Source: Macrostomum hystrix
Taxonomy: Eukaryota > Animalia > Platyhelminthes
Assembly (NCBI GenBank): GCA_950097015.1
Contig: CATNEN010000002.1
Location: 3,100,001 to 3,164,000, forward strand
Direction of reading: 5' to 3'
Length of the DNA stretch: 64,000 bases
In this document: positions 49,683 through 61,698 of the stretch, one piece after another
How the letters are laid out: the number at the start of each line of letters is the position of its first letter
Position numbering within the stretch: the stretch's first letter is position 1
Made by a program: the position numbers and the translations under genes
Notes under the pieces: generated by a model
Seen by the model: only the letters and a program-made list of their open reading frames with translations
What the model was told of the DNA's origin: nothing
Databases searched by the model: none

Positions 49683-51809
49683 TTACAGCTCACAAATGAT
49701 TCGCTTCGGCCTCCTCTTTTTCTTCTCCGCTTCTCCTTTTCCGCTTCGCTTCGCTTCGGCATTCGCTTCGAGCACATCCACAAAGCGAAAGCCTCTGTAC
49801 TTGTTGTTTTTCTCGTCTATTCGTTGATTGATCAGCAATCGATGGCCGTCATCAACAAGTTTTAAAGCCACTTGCGCTAAACTCAATGCGGATTTGTGGA
49901 CAGAATGCTCAGTACTCGTTTCGGAGCATAGGCCACGAATTTTCAGCATATCGACAGGGCCGATTAGAAGCCCTTTGTCAATGATATAACATTTTTTAAA
50001 TGCTTCTGCTATACTGATCCATGTTTTTGACCAATCCGGTACAGTAATTTTTTCAAGCTCACATTGAGATTTTATGAATAGTGCATCGGCAGCTTCGGTC
50101 ACAGTAACAAAACTGTTTTTTTCTTTCCGTAGTAGTTGATTCTCAAGCCAAAATTTTAACTGATCAAGAAGAACTTTAAACAATAGGTGAGCGCTGTCCA
50201 AATCTTTTTGCTTCCTTTCGGTTGGCTCCACACTAATTTTAGATAGGGCCTCACTTTTTCTTATTTTGCAAGCCGACTGGAACGGTTCATCTACAACTTT
50301 TCTTTCATTTAGGTCAACGAGAACTGAATGCAAACAAATTATTGTGGTGTCACGTTCGTGATCTGTATCCTTGATCTGCAGACTTGATGCAGCCAGGCTT
50401 ATCACTAACAAAAAATCATACGCTTGTTGTACTCCGGAATCTCGAAACTTGTTTTCCTGATCGCTGTCAATTCTCTTCTTAATTTCCTCGATTTTTTCTA
50501 CAAAGAAGTGGTAGAGTGGACATGTCAGCACAATACACAAAAAGGAATGTAAGAAATTACTCGAGTGTTTTTTATGATTCAACAAGAAGCAAGCGTAGTT
50601 AAGAGCGTCACGTTAAACTGAAAAAGCCTTACAATATCCTGATAACTGTAATAGTGTAACGGTAAATTAGACTGTTGTAAGATAACTTCCTTTATAAAAA
50701 ATGATAAATGATCCACTCACATGTATTTCTGATTCATTAGAAACATGAACTTTCCTGATAACTTATCTGGTTCCGATTTATGACTTCCTAACTTCAACGG
50801 AAAAATACTTTTACATACCATGTGGCAAGCAAATTCAGTGAAACTGCTTCGTATAGAATGGCACCGCTAATACTTTATTTTGTGAAAGTAAAATATGAAG
50901 TACGAGTATAATAGTAAAAAATATAAAATCTGCATACCGTGGTTCAGCCGCAATGAGGATCTGACGGTAGATTTAGATCCAGACATTCCATACTTTTCGG
51001 ACATCTTTACATCTTTACATGCTATCAAGCACTGCATCAATGTTGTCTCTTTCCGGCCGTTGACGTCCATGGGAGTGTAGAAGTATGTACTATCCTTTGT
51101 GATGGCAAACGGTATTCGCAAAATCGAATCATGTACTTCTTCAATTTGGTTAGCCATTCCATGAATATTACGTTCATTGCTCATAATCAGCGCTTGATTT
51201 TCCCGCGAATAGTCTAATAAATCTGAATATCCTATTTGAACATAATACACGGAATTCTGGAAAGGTTTCAAGCTCTCTAAAAAACTATATGTTTTTACCA
51301 GTGAATCAATTTCTTTTTCTTGACTACTCTGAACATTGCAGCATAAAATAATTCGAGGAAAGTTACAACCCTGCCAGAGTGACGTAAACTTTTTATCGAG
51401 ATTAAAGTAAACATCCTGTCGCAAAATAACTTTTTGTACGCTGGCGCTTGCAGACTCAACTTCACCATCAAGAGAACCATCATTCAAGCGACTGCAATTT
51501 TCACGTAGGCCAGAAATCACATGTCGACCTGCCTCTGTATTAGAGCAAAGGATATCTGCTACTTTTTTTCAAAAGATTGACTCTTTTAGTATTTTCGTCA
51601 AACGTGATAATAACTTTTACATCGAAAATTGTCACAAAGTAGATTTTGGCTATACTCAAAATACTGAGAAATATATTTTGCAGGCAAAAATAGTTTTCAT
51701 CAACCTGCAAACTTCGACGATGTGATTGAAGTTCAAGGGTAGCACGCCCAACGCTGTAGCAGTCTATAATCACTCTTCTAAAAAGCTCGCCGTTCTTTTT
51801 GTCAGCCAT
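49683..51809 (-). CDS. NYN/PIN-fold protein paralog 2 with C-terminal extension; 1-nt frameshift in an A7 run (assembly error, pseudogene or recoding)
   Basis: 51809-51563 gives FRRVIIDCYSVG...YFCLQNIFLSI. Removing one A at 51563-51569 continues without stops into PRIILCC...GYSDLLDYSRENQALIMSNE...LRIPFAITKD. Phase-1 donor CACG|GTATGC at 50938 matches phase-1 acceptor CTTCTTTGTAG at 50498, adding exon 50497-49683 ending KKKRRPKRIICEL. Confidence 0.65.
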
Positions 51810-53077
51810 ATTTTTAATTCGAAAACTGTTATGTTGATAAAAATGGCTCAGCATGTATTCAACCCAGTCATTCTAGAATCAAATACATAATAATGGCCAA
51901 ACGTGGCACGATATTTCCGCGGATTTTCCGTGGAACTGCCATTAGTTTTACAATGCACTGACACTCGTACGGCAATGAATTCTATACACTCTACTGTAAA
52001 CTCACAGAGTGTACATAAAATTTATTTTCGTACTATAGCGTTTTAAGCACTTCCACTCATAAAAAATGCCCAGAATAGCGGCGGGTAGTTCGTTGTATGA
52101 AAGGGAACAATGTACACTTTCTTGGCACAATAGTACGATCGATTGCATGTGAAAAGAGTATTTTAATAATGTCGACTGAATCGTCTAGGATTGATTCGTC
52201 TTTTTTGCTAATTTTATAAATCTAATATTATCTAAAATTTTGTTTGTTTTAGCTATGAGCTCGTTATTCAAAGGCTAATCGTAGATCAAGTAGATCACGC
52301 AATTTGAAACTCAGCAATACATAGTGTTTGCAGGCTACACTCGTAGTTTAAGTTGATCTGTTGTAACTTTTGGATGATTAAATTCTGGAGATCAGATTAG
52401 CACCTAAAATATTCAAATGTATTAGATCCATTAATCAAAATGCGCTTAAGTTGCACAGTAGCAGTATAACTAGGAGAACAAATTTTTATACGTCGATGCA
52501 CACTGCCATCAAACGAGGCCATATTAGTCAATGCACACCATTTGATAGCAGTGTGAATGAGACTTGACTGTTTTAAGGTGCGTTCATTGCGATTCCGAGA
52601 CTCCGAGAGGCAAGCCCGTGGATTTGCCGTGGCTTTAACTTGCAAGGGGTGGGCTTGCACGGAGTAAGTTGCATTCACCGTGCAGTTTTCAGCATATTGT
52701 TATCGTGCATAGCTCGTTTAGAGTACGCAATAGTTCATGGAAGTTCTCTTTCCAATTTATACATAAGTGTACGGTTTGATGAATGTGCATAGTAGGCAAC
52801 TATCCATGGCATGTTCATTGAAATGTACAGACGCACTCTATGCAGCTGTGACAGGTCTACTTAGTTTACAATAAACTGTGTAGCAACCAAAATTCGTATT
52901 AAAACTATATCTTATTATTGGGCGCCTTGGCTTGATTAAAATACAAATATACTCTAGCTCAGAGAAAGATAAAACTTAATATAGACATATTACATTCCTG
53001 CTTTCACCTCTTGTGAAAGCTCTTAATGTTTAACCTCTTCTGTTGATCTATGTAAGGATTGTCACGACTCAGTAAGA

Positions 53078-56000
53078 ATGGATATAGAAGACATTGAAAA
53101 AGGTATGCAGAAATTATTAAAAGGACTCCCTGCGAAGCTAGCAGGTAAGTCCTTAGGACTTCAAGGACGGCAGAGCAGCGATTCGATGTCGGTAGAAACG
53201 AGGCTCTTCTTCGGAGCCGTCCAGGTGGGCGACCACAAAGCGGTTCAGAATTTTCTTCTCAAAGACGTTAGCCCGGACGCAACAGACAATCACGGTAGGT
53301 CGGGCTTGCACGTAGCTGCATTGAATGATCACCAAGACATATTTAGTGCTTTACTAAACCGAGGCGCCGACCCCGAAAAAGCCGATGAGAGCGGCATTAC
53401 CCCGCTGATGTGCGCCAGTCAGAAGGGGTGCGACCGCATCATCGACATGCTGCTAGATAATGGAGTTGACGTGGCAAAAAGGAACAGTGCTAATCGAAAC
53501 GCAGTGTTCTATGCATTGTTCAATGGGCGTGTTGGCATTGCAGAGAAGCTGGAGCAGAAGCGCTCGTGTGTGCACGATTTGCAGGAGGAGCCACTCATTG
53601 CCATTTATATGAAAGCTGTTTCCAAAAATTGGATTGACGTCGTAAAGTTTTTGTCAGAAAGAAAATGTGACGTCTCCCGCTCCAACAAGCTGCTGATCGC
53701 ATCCCAGGCGGCGCTCTGTGGCCATACTGAAATACTGAAGTATTTCAGTCAGGTTGACTTCAAGGAGAAAACAGAAGATGGACGCAGCCCACTGCTCGGC
53801 GCGGTGCAGAACGGATTCGACGATGCAGTAGAATACATGCTAAGTAAAGGATGCGATCTTTCGAATTGTGAAGACGCAGTGCGAATGGCAATCGTTGCGA
53901 GCCATTTAAAAATTCTCCGAATGCTTCTTGACAACGGAGCTCCTATGTGTAAGACTGACGAGAATGGAATTACTCCAGTTCAACTCGCCATTGTCCAGGG
54001 CTCTTTTGAAATGTTCAAGTACTTAGTAGAGAAGAATTGCTCACTTGAGTCGCACCACAAATTGGGATCCTTGGCTCTCATTGCAGCTAGCCGACGCAAA
54101 TTTGACGTACTGAAATATTTAGCGGAGAACGGATACGCAGTTGACGAGTCGGACAAGGAGTCTGGCGAGACACCTCTGCTAGCAGCTTGTCAAAACGGGC
54201 CCTTCGAAGCAGTCGAGCTGCTGCTTAATCATGGATGCAACCCCAACGCTATAAATCACAGGGGGGTGACGCCTGCGTTGAGAGCAGCCAACAATAATCA
54301 GGAAGAAATATTGATGCTTCTAGCGGAGAAAGGTGCCAAGCTGGACCTTCCAAACACTCGCACGGGAGACAACGCGATGCTGTGCGCGGCCAGAAACAAG
54401 TCGCTTTCCATGGTTCGATTTTTGGCAGACCAAGGCTGCCAACTAGACGTCAAGGACCTAGATGGAAAAACAGTAGCCGCATATGCAGTCGAAAAGAATA
54501 ATGTTCCACTTTTGAAGTTCTTGCAGCAGAAGAAGGTTTGCCTTGATGTGCCAGATGAGAGAGGTATGACGCCGCTAATGTTAGCGGTGAAAAGTAAGTC
54601 AGTGGAAGCAATCCAACAGTTAACTAGCACACCAGATCTTTGTAACGTAAACCATAGGAACTTGAAGGGTGCTACAGCGACGCACCTTGCCATAGCTTCA
54701 GGAAATATTAAACTAGTTGAGCTACTGAAAGAAAAAGGTGCTGACTTTAGTGCCACAGATCATGATGGCAACACCCCTCTACTGGAAAGTCTTAAACATA
54801 AAAAGGCTTACGACATGCTCCTTTATCTAATTAAGAATGGATGCGACCTGCAAGCCACTGACGATTTCTTGAGAAGCGCTGTGCACTATGCATGTACACT
54901 GCAGAAAAACGACGCGTTGATGCTTCTTCTGGACTTTAATTGTCCGTTCGACACAATAGATAACATTGGAATGACGCCGTTTTTGATAAGCGCTGAGCAG
55001 GGCAGCGAGTCGCTCGTCACCATTCTGAAAGCCGTAGGCGCTGACGTCAACAGAAGAAACATGAAGGGCAAAAATGCAGCTCACCTAGCAGCCAAGAAGG
55101 GCGACCTAAAGCTTATTCAGTGCTGTTCCCTTTTTGGCTGCAACTTGGATCAGGAAGACAACGATGGCAAAACGCCACTAATATTTGCCTGCTCTAAAAA
55201 TAAGCCAGAAATCGTGGAGTTCTTGCTCCGCAAAGAGGCCGATGCAAACGCTCTCACTCACAGAGCCAGGACTCCAGTACATTACGCTTGCAAGGCTGGG
55301 TCGATAGAGCTGCTGAAGCTACTCCAAGAGAAGGGAGCAGAGCTAGACCTTCGCGACCTAAATGGCGTCACTCCAATGATGCTGGCTGCCGAAAGACAAG
55401 GGCCAGAAATATTAAACTTTCTCCGTGACAAAAAGTGCGACTTGACAAGAACAGATGCAAAAATGCGAACTGCTCTACACTTTGCTGTCAACGGAAAGAA
55501 TGAAGAGGCTGTTGGCTTCCTCATCGATAATGGGCTCAATCCGAATGCCTTGGACGAATCGGGAAATTCGCCAATTTCACTGAGCATCAAAACGAACCAA
55601 ACCGCAGTTCTGGCTCTGTTGAGGAGCAAAGGTGGAATTGTGAGCGACCTTTTTGACAGCAAGTCAATGAATACTGCCCACTTCGCGTGCAAGTTGGGCA
55701 ACTTGGAATTGCTGAAGGCCTTGGTCAAGGAAGATGTGTCAATCAGCAGTCGCACAGCAGATGGTGATACCTGTCTTACTATAGCTTGTTCAAACGGCCA
55801 TGAAGAGGTAGTGAAGTTTCTGGTTGGAAAGAACATTAACGTAAAGTACAAAACACCACAGGGTGACAATGCGCTGCACATTGCAGCAAAGAAGTCCCAG
55901 TTGGTATTGCTGCCGCTGCTAATTCAAAGTGGAATTCCTGTGTCGGAAAAGAATCGAGATGGGGAAACTGTGCTGCATATTTTGTGCCAAAAGTCTTGCT

Positions 56001-58807
56001 CATCGAAGGTCGACAACATGCAGGAACTCAGGACGCACACTGAGGAGCAAATCCACAAACTCAAACAGCTAGTCGACCAGGGGCCCGAGGCGATGAAGCC
56101 CGAGTTGATGAAAATCATCGAAAAGACGAGGGCTCTGCCAGATGCCCTGAAAAATAAAGGCATGCAGTTAATAAACTGCGTGGGAAAGAGCAGTTTGACA
56201 CGGCAGCTTGACACAGTTTTAAAAGCAGGAGCAGACGTGAATGAAGCGACTTGCTCCGGCAAGACGCCACTGCACTTTGCCTGTCAGGATGGCAGTAAGC
56301 ATGTGATCAAAATTCTTTTATCTAACGAGGCTCAGCTAAACCCTCAGGACTCTGATGGAGAAACGCCAATCTTCGTTGCCATTAGAAACGGCAAATCTAA
56401 GGTCGTCCAATTGCTTGTTGATAGAGGAGCTGATTTAAATGTCACCAATAAAAACGGCATTAGTCCATACTCACTAGCCATTTGTTTAAATGAAGACGCC
56501 ATCAAGAAAATACTCGAAAGCAAGGGTGCTCAATTTGACCCAGCAGCCACCGTCTCACATTTGACAGTGACCTCCATCTTCAAGAGGGGCAGCTTGGGCC
56601 ATCTCGATCGTCTGTTAGAACTGGGTTTTGATGGTAAGAAGGTTGAAAATGGAAAGACTCTTTTGCATCACGCCATTCTGACTGGCAACGTCAGCATTAT
56701 AGAAGGTCTTCGAGATCCCAGATACACATTCGTCAAAGAAATCCTGGATGAACAAGACAGCTACGGAGACACGGCTCTGCATCTGGCCCTAATGAGAGGC
56801 AGGCTAGACATGGCCGCAGTTTTGATTCAGCTGGGATGCAGGAAAGATCTAAGAAACGCAAAAGAACACACGGTACTTCATGTTGCAGCCATTGAGAACA
56901 AGCTGGCGCTGGTCAAGTGGGTCACTGAGCAATGCCCGGAAGCCTGTCAGCCACATCGCACTGAAGCAGAGATAAGACCACAACATTTCGCAGCAATTAA
57001 GGGGAACCTCGAAGTGTTCAAGATTCTCGAGCAAATCGGCTTCTCTGCAGCCACAACCTGCAAAAATGGACTGAACAGCGCACACTATGCTGCTATTCAC
57101 GGAAATTTGCACGTTCTGCAGTACTTGAAGGTGTCAAATCCAGACGCCGCTCTTGAACTCTTTAAACAGAAAAACAAATCTGGATTTCTTCCCATACAAT
57201 GCGCGGTATTGAATGGTCACGAAAAAATAGCTAACTTTTTGTACAAGAGCGTTCCGTCGCTGCCCAAGTGCATTGTTCACCAGGCCGCAGCCCTGGGAAA
57301 TCAGCACTTGGTCGACTGGGTGCAGAAGAGAGGGGTAGACATGAAGGCTGTTGACCCTGAAACTGGTGAAACGGCCTTGAGTGCCGCCATATCCTCGGGA
57401 AATTTTCACCTGGTTAAGAGATTCGCCACTAGCGACTTGATTGTCACGAATAAGCATGGCAACACACCTGCTCAAATAGCGGCAGCCAAAGATCACAAGC
57501 ATATTTTATTGTTTCTAAGGAATAGGGACGTGGAACTCGATATTCAAGACGAAGATGGAGACACCGCGATTTCCGATTGTGCGATAAACGGTTGTCTGGA
57601 GTCGATGAAAATGCTCGTTAGATTTGGATGCAATCTGAAGCACAAGAACAAAAAACTGCGAAGCATTGTTCACCTGGCATGCATCGGCTGGCACAAGAAA
57701 GGCCATCGAGACGTACTCGAATTCGCTGTGGAAAATAATGTTCCTCTTGATGAAGGCGATGAGGAGAGCAACACGGGATTAATGTACGCCTGCCGTCAGG
57801 GATTCAAGGACATAGTCGATTTCCTACTCAACAGCAAGCAGTGTGACCTAGACAAAGCGAATAAGCAGGGATCAACCGCTGCTCACCTGGCAGCCATGGC
57901 CGGTCGAGCTGACATCATCGACGCTCTCTCGAAGCACGGAGCCCAGTTCAGTGCGGAGGACGCCAGCGGCGTGACTCCACTCATGATCGCTGTTCACCGC
58001 GACAGCCTGGACTGCGTGAACCTGCTAGCGGAGAAAGCCGGGCTCGGAGATGGCACTGGAAAAGAACGACTGGAGCAGCTGGCTACCTGGGCGAGTCCCC
58101 AGGTGCGCCAGGTCTTGGAACAACACGGCGCTCGAATCGTCCTGTCTGAAGAGACTCAAGATGCAGCGCAGCGGTAAGTATTTCTAATCAGGTGTTGAAA
58201 ATAGGGGCCAGAAATTTTCAGCTAAAGGCACAGCCACGGTCACCCCACTCCGGCCATATACCAATTTTACAGCTGGGTGAACTGAAGCACTGTGATACTG
58301 GGATCAAAAGTGTCCTTTCACAAGCTCCCTTGTGGATTAAACATTCAGCTGATACTTAAAAGCCTAAATTATCCCAAATAATTTGCTGCCATATTCATTC
58401 TAGACCCGCTGAAGTTGGCATAGACATCGACATGAGTCTCTGCGACCATTCGAATGAGCGAGTGAGGCAGCAAGATGTTGTTCAAGCCAATGCCGACCAG
58501 CGTTCAGGAAGTGTTCTGACCAACGCACCAGATCTGTGAGCGATTTCAATGCTGTGGTAGAAGCTTGCTGGCTTCTAAAACTCCTCGCACCATTTTTTTT
58601 CAATACAAAATCTCCGAAATATCGAACATCTTCAGGCCGGCCGAAGCGACCGCACTGCTGGAGCTGAGAAGACCCGATTTTGAGCAGGCTGCGCCGGAAG
58701 CGGACGACGAGTCTAACGCTGGCGATTTGAGCAACGACCCGAGTGGCAGCGAAGTCCAGACACCGGCTGAGCAGCAAGAACCGATCCCGAATTGCCAGCA
58801 GCAGTAA
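53078..58807 (+). CDS. giant ankyrin-repeat protein 2 (~1,755 aa if the tail exon is spliced)
   Basis: Exon 53078-58173 is colinear with ankyrin gene 1 end to end. Donor CG|GTAAGT at 58174, acceptor CATCTTCAG at 58635, tail exon 58636-58807 (PAEATALL...EADDESNAGD...QQQ*), phase 2 as in gene 1. Confidence 0.9.
58230..58300 (-). mobile_element. CORE-SINE fragment in the ankyrin gene 2 intron
   Basis: Reverse complement reads GTGCTTCAGTTCACCCAGCTGTAAAATTGG, matching 59110-59140. Confidence 0.6.
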
Positions 58808-58996
58808 TACGAGCGTATGCTATTTGACACCAAACAATTTTAACCGATAATTACATAGTATTTGACAGGTGTTTTGACTTTTCGTTAAAATGAAGTAATA
58901 TAAAAGAAAACTAAAGCGTTGCAAAAGAAATTAAGGAAAGTATAATGATACATTTATTAGTAATTACCTCATAAGTTGTAGCTTATGCATTAATTC

Positions 58997-59230
58997 GAGG
59001 AGGTTGTAGCATTGTGGATAGAGCGTCGGACTCACGACTTGAAGGCGGGGGTTCGATTCCCGAATTCACTTGAAAAGTTTGTGTCCTTAGCAAGACACTT
59101 AACTCAGCATTGCTTCAGTTCACCCAGCTGTTAAATGGGTTCCAGCATTAGCTGGCCGGGGGTAATTGAGGGTGGGTGTCCCCCCAGTCCATGGACTGAA
59201 CGGCTGTACGCAGCCTTCAGATGCGCCGCG
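58997..59230 (+). mobile_element. tRNA-headed CORE-SINE (family A), most complete copy
   Basis: A-box-like TAGCATTGTGG (59007), B-box GGTTCGATTCC (59050-59060), then TGTGTCCTTAGCAAGACACTTAAC...CTTCAGTTCACCCAGCTGTTAAATGGG resembling the MIR CORE consensus. Confidence 0.75.
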
Positions 59231-60666
59231 CAACAGCTGCGACTGTGTGCTGTCGACTGCACAACTGACCCAATCGGGGCAGGTGTAATCAATTGTTGTT
59301 GTTATTGTTATGTAGTGACTTGCAGCCAGCGCGTATACGCTGAGTACACCGCGCTGGCAGCTGTCTGTTAACTGGCTGAATATCATTTCATTGTGCGGTG
59401 CAGCCATGTGCAGCCAGCGCGCGTACGCTGAGTACACCGCGCTGGCAGCCGTTTGGTTAACTAGCTGACTTTCAAATCATTGTTCGCTCTATTTTATCAC
59501 CCCCTAATCCTTACACCCAACGTGCCGTCGCATAAAATATATATCGCTGTTCTCAGGAGCGTGGAGCTCTGACTGTTTACGTTTCGTTCTAAATACCACC
59601 AGTCTAGAGTTATTTCAGTTATATTATGAATTCTAATTAAATAATTTAGATTTTCTTGCTGTAAAATTTGCATGCATGATTTTTGGTATATTTTCTACCA
59701 TCTATTCCGTGCCTCCGTCTGAGCAAGTTAGATAGTTAAATTCCCAATTGGTTTAAGTGGTTAGAGGTTAGGATTTTGAGTTCGAATCTGAGCTCAAAAC
59801 TATTCGTAGAAATTTATGTCGAAGAAGCTGCGGCTGTGCCGATCGCTCTATAAGTGACCCAATTAGAGAAGACTAGGTCTATTGTGATTTTTAGATGTTA
59901 TTTCTATAGATAATTTTTACTTGCATTCCTTAGTTACCCGTCTATCTTCATACTTATTAGTTTTCCTTGGGAAATTAAAACAAATGCTCGTAATAGGCGT
60001 GTACCGCATATTTGTATTTACATTGAGCGATATCATAATTCTTATAATAATTACAAGTTGCTGAATGCCAATTTAATTTATTTTCAAATTTCAATTCGGC
60101 CCAAAATATTTTTGTTACTTTTCGAAACGTCAAACTTGGTAGGACCTGTGCTGTCTAGAAAACAGTTGAGAACCACAAAATACCTAAGGCCACGGTCATG
60201 TACAGGTACCAAAACAATAATAGTACACCTTCAGGGAAAGGTCGTCGATGTTCTGTGATTCTGGAAGTTGTTTCATCGGATGGAGCAGAAAAAATTAGCC
60301 TACGTTCTGCATTTCATAGTGATTGGTTGAGTTTTTCTGGAGATACAGTAAAATATAGAAAAATACCCCATAAACGAAACACTGCGGGCTAAATGTTACT
60401 AATCTACGAGTAGATGAGTCTTCTAGAGTCTAGAAGAGTAGATACTCCAGTATGAAACATCCAGTAGGAAAATCTGTCTTCAGCGTCGTGAATAAGATAA
60501 AGACGAGTGCGAAGTACTTTCCAACAGGTGAGGTTGTGAACATGCAATGGGTAAATTAGCACACAATTCTGGGGTTAAATAGGCGATTTATTTGGTCATT
60601 TAAACTTGCTCGAAGACCATTAAACCATTATCTGCATTGTCGGATTGAATTAACAGTGGACTGAAG

Positions 60667-60776
60667 GCGTGTTCACACTGCCATCACAATGCCATCAAAT
60701 TACTATTGTGCCGCTATCAGCAAATAAAAAACACGTAAAGTGTTTTAGCCTCGGTGGATGGCATTGTGAACAAGAC
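60667..60776. mobile_element. small MITE-like element with ~20-bp imperfect TIRs
   Basis: TGTTCACACTGCCATC (60670) and GATGGCATTGTGAACA (60757); no clear TSD. Confidence 0.4.
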
Positions 60777-61058
60777 TGAAGCCTTGTCATCACAATGATA
60801 TGAAAAAGTACAGCAGAATACGTTTTACAAACTGTTAACCACGGTACTTGAAATATTACCTAACAGGAATTCAGTATCAAACTTGTAAAATATTCATAAC
60901 CGATACAGCATTAGTTTTCAGGAATATTCTATTAGTCCTAATCCTTTATACACTCGTAGAAAGTCAAGGATTCATGAATACAACAATAACCAAGATTTTC
61001 GAAAGGCATTGTCAAAAATTACGCAAGGATAATCAATGGTAGTAAAGCTATACAAAAC

Positions 61059-61698
61059 TTTTATAGCCCATTGCGCTCTGAGAAGATGCATTCGTGTCAG
61101 CGAAGCTTTAGCCCATTGCGCTCTGAGAAGATGCATTCGTGTCAGCGAAGCTTTAGCCCATTGCGCTCTGAGAAGATGCATTTGTGTCAGCGAAGCTTTA
61201 GCCCATTGCGCTCTGAGAAGATGCATTCGTGTCAGCGAAGCTTTAGCCCATTGCGCTCTAAGAAGATACATTTGTGTCAGCGAAGCTTTAGCCCATTGCG
61301 CTCTGAGAAGATGCACTCGTGTCAGCGAAGCTTTAGCCCATTGCGCTCTAAGAAGATGCATTCGTGTCAGCGAAGCTTTAGCCCATTGCGCTCTAAGAAG
61401 ATACATTTGTGTCAGCGAAGCTTTAGCCCATTGCGCTCTGAGAAGATGCATTTGTGTCAGCGAAGCTTTAGCCCATTGCGCTCTAAGAAGATGCATTCGT
61501 GTCAGCGAAGCTTTAGCCCATTGCGCTCTAAGAAGATGCATTCGTGTCAGCGAAGCTTTAGCCCATTGCGCTCTGAGAAGATACATTTGTGTCAGCGAAG
61601 CTTTAGCCCATTGCGCTCTAAGAAGATGCATTCGTGTCAGCGAAGCTTTAGCCCATTGCGCTCTAAGAAGATGCATTCGTGTCAGCGAAGCTTTAGCC
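61059..61698. repeat. 45-bp minisatellite (TTTAGCCCATTGCGCTCTGAGAAGATGCATTCGTGTCAGCGAAGC), ~14 copies, starting at the MED15 stop
   Basis: 15-aa periodic ORFs on both strands. Confidence 0.95.

Noticed and set aside
50819-50866. 48-nt cassette exon within the NYN2 intron (TAG...ATG|GTATGT)
   Set aside because: In the required phase it contains an in-frame TGA. It could be a poison exon, but there is no support from sequence alone.
58400-58777. 125-aa minus-strand ORF with RYFGDF, faintly like THAP/P-element proteins
   Set aside because: Antisense to the predicted ankyrin-2 tail exon and intron; no THAP cysteines or transposase motifs.
58997-59070. tRNA genes (here and at ~14970-15043)
   Set aside because: A/B boxes are present but there is no proper acceptor stem or cloverleaf, and both run into SINE bodies.
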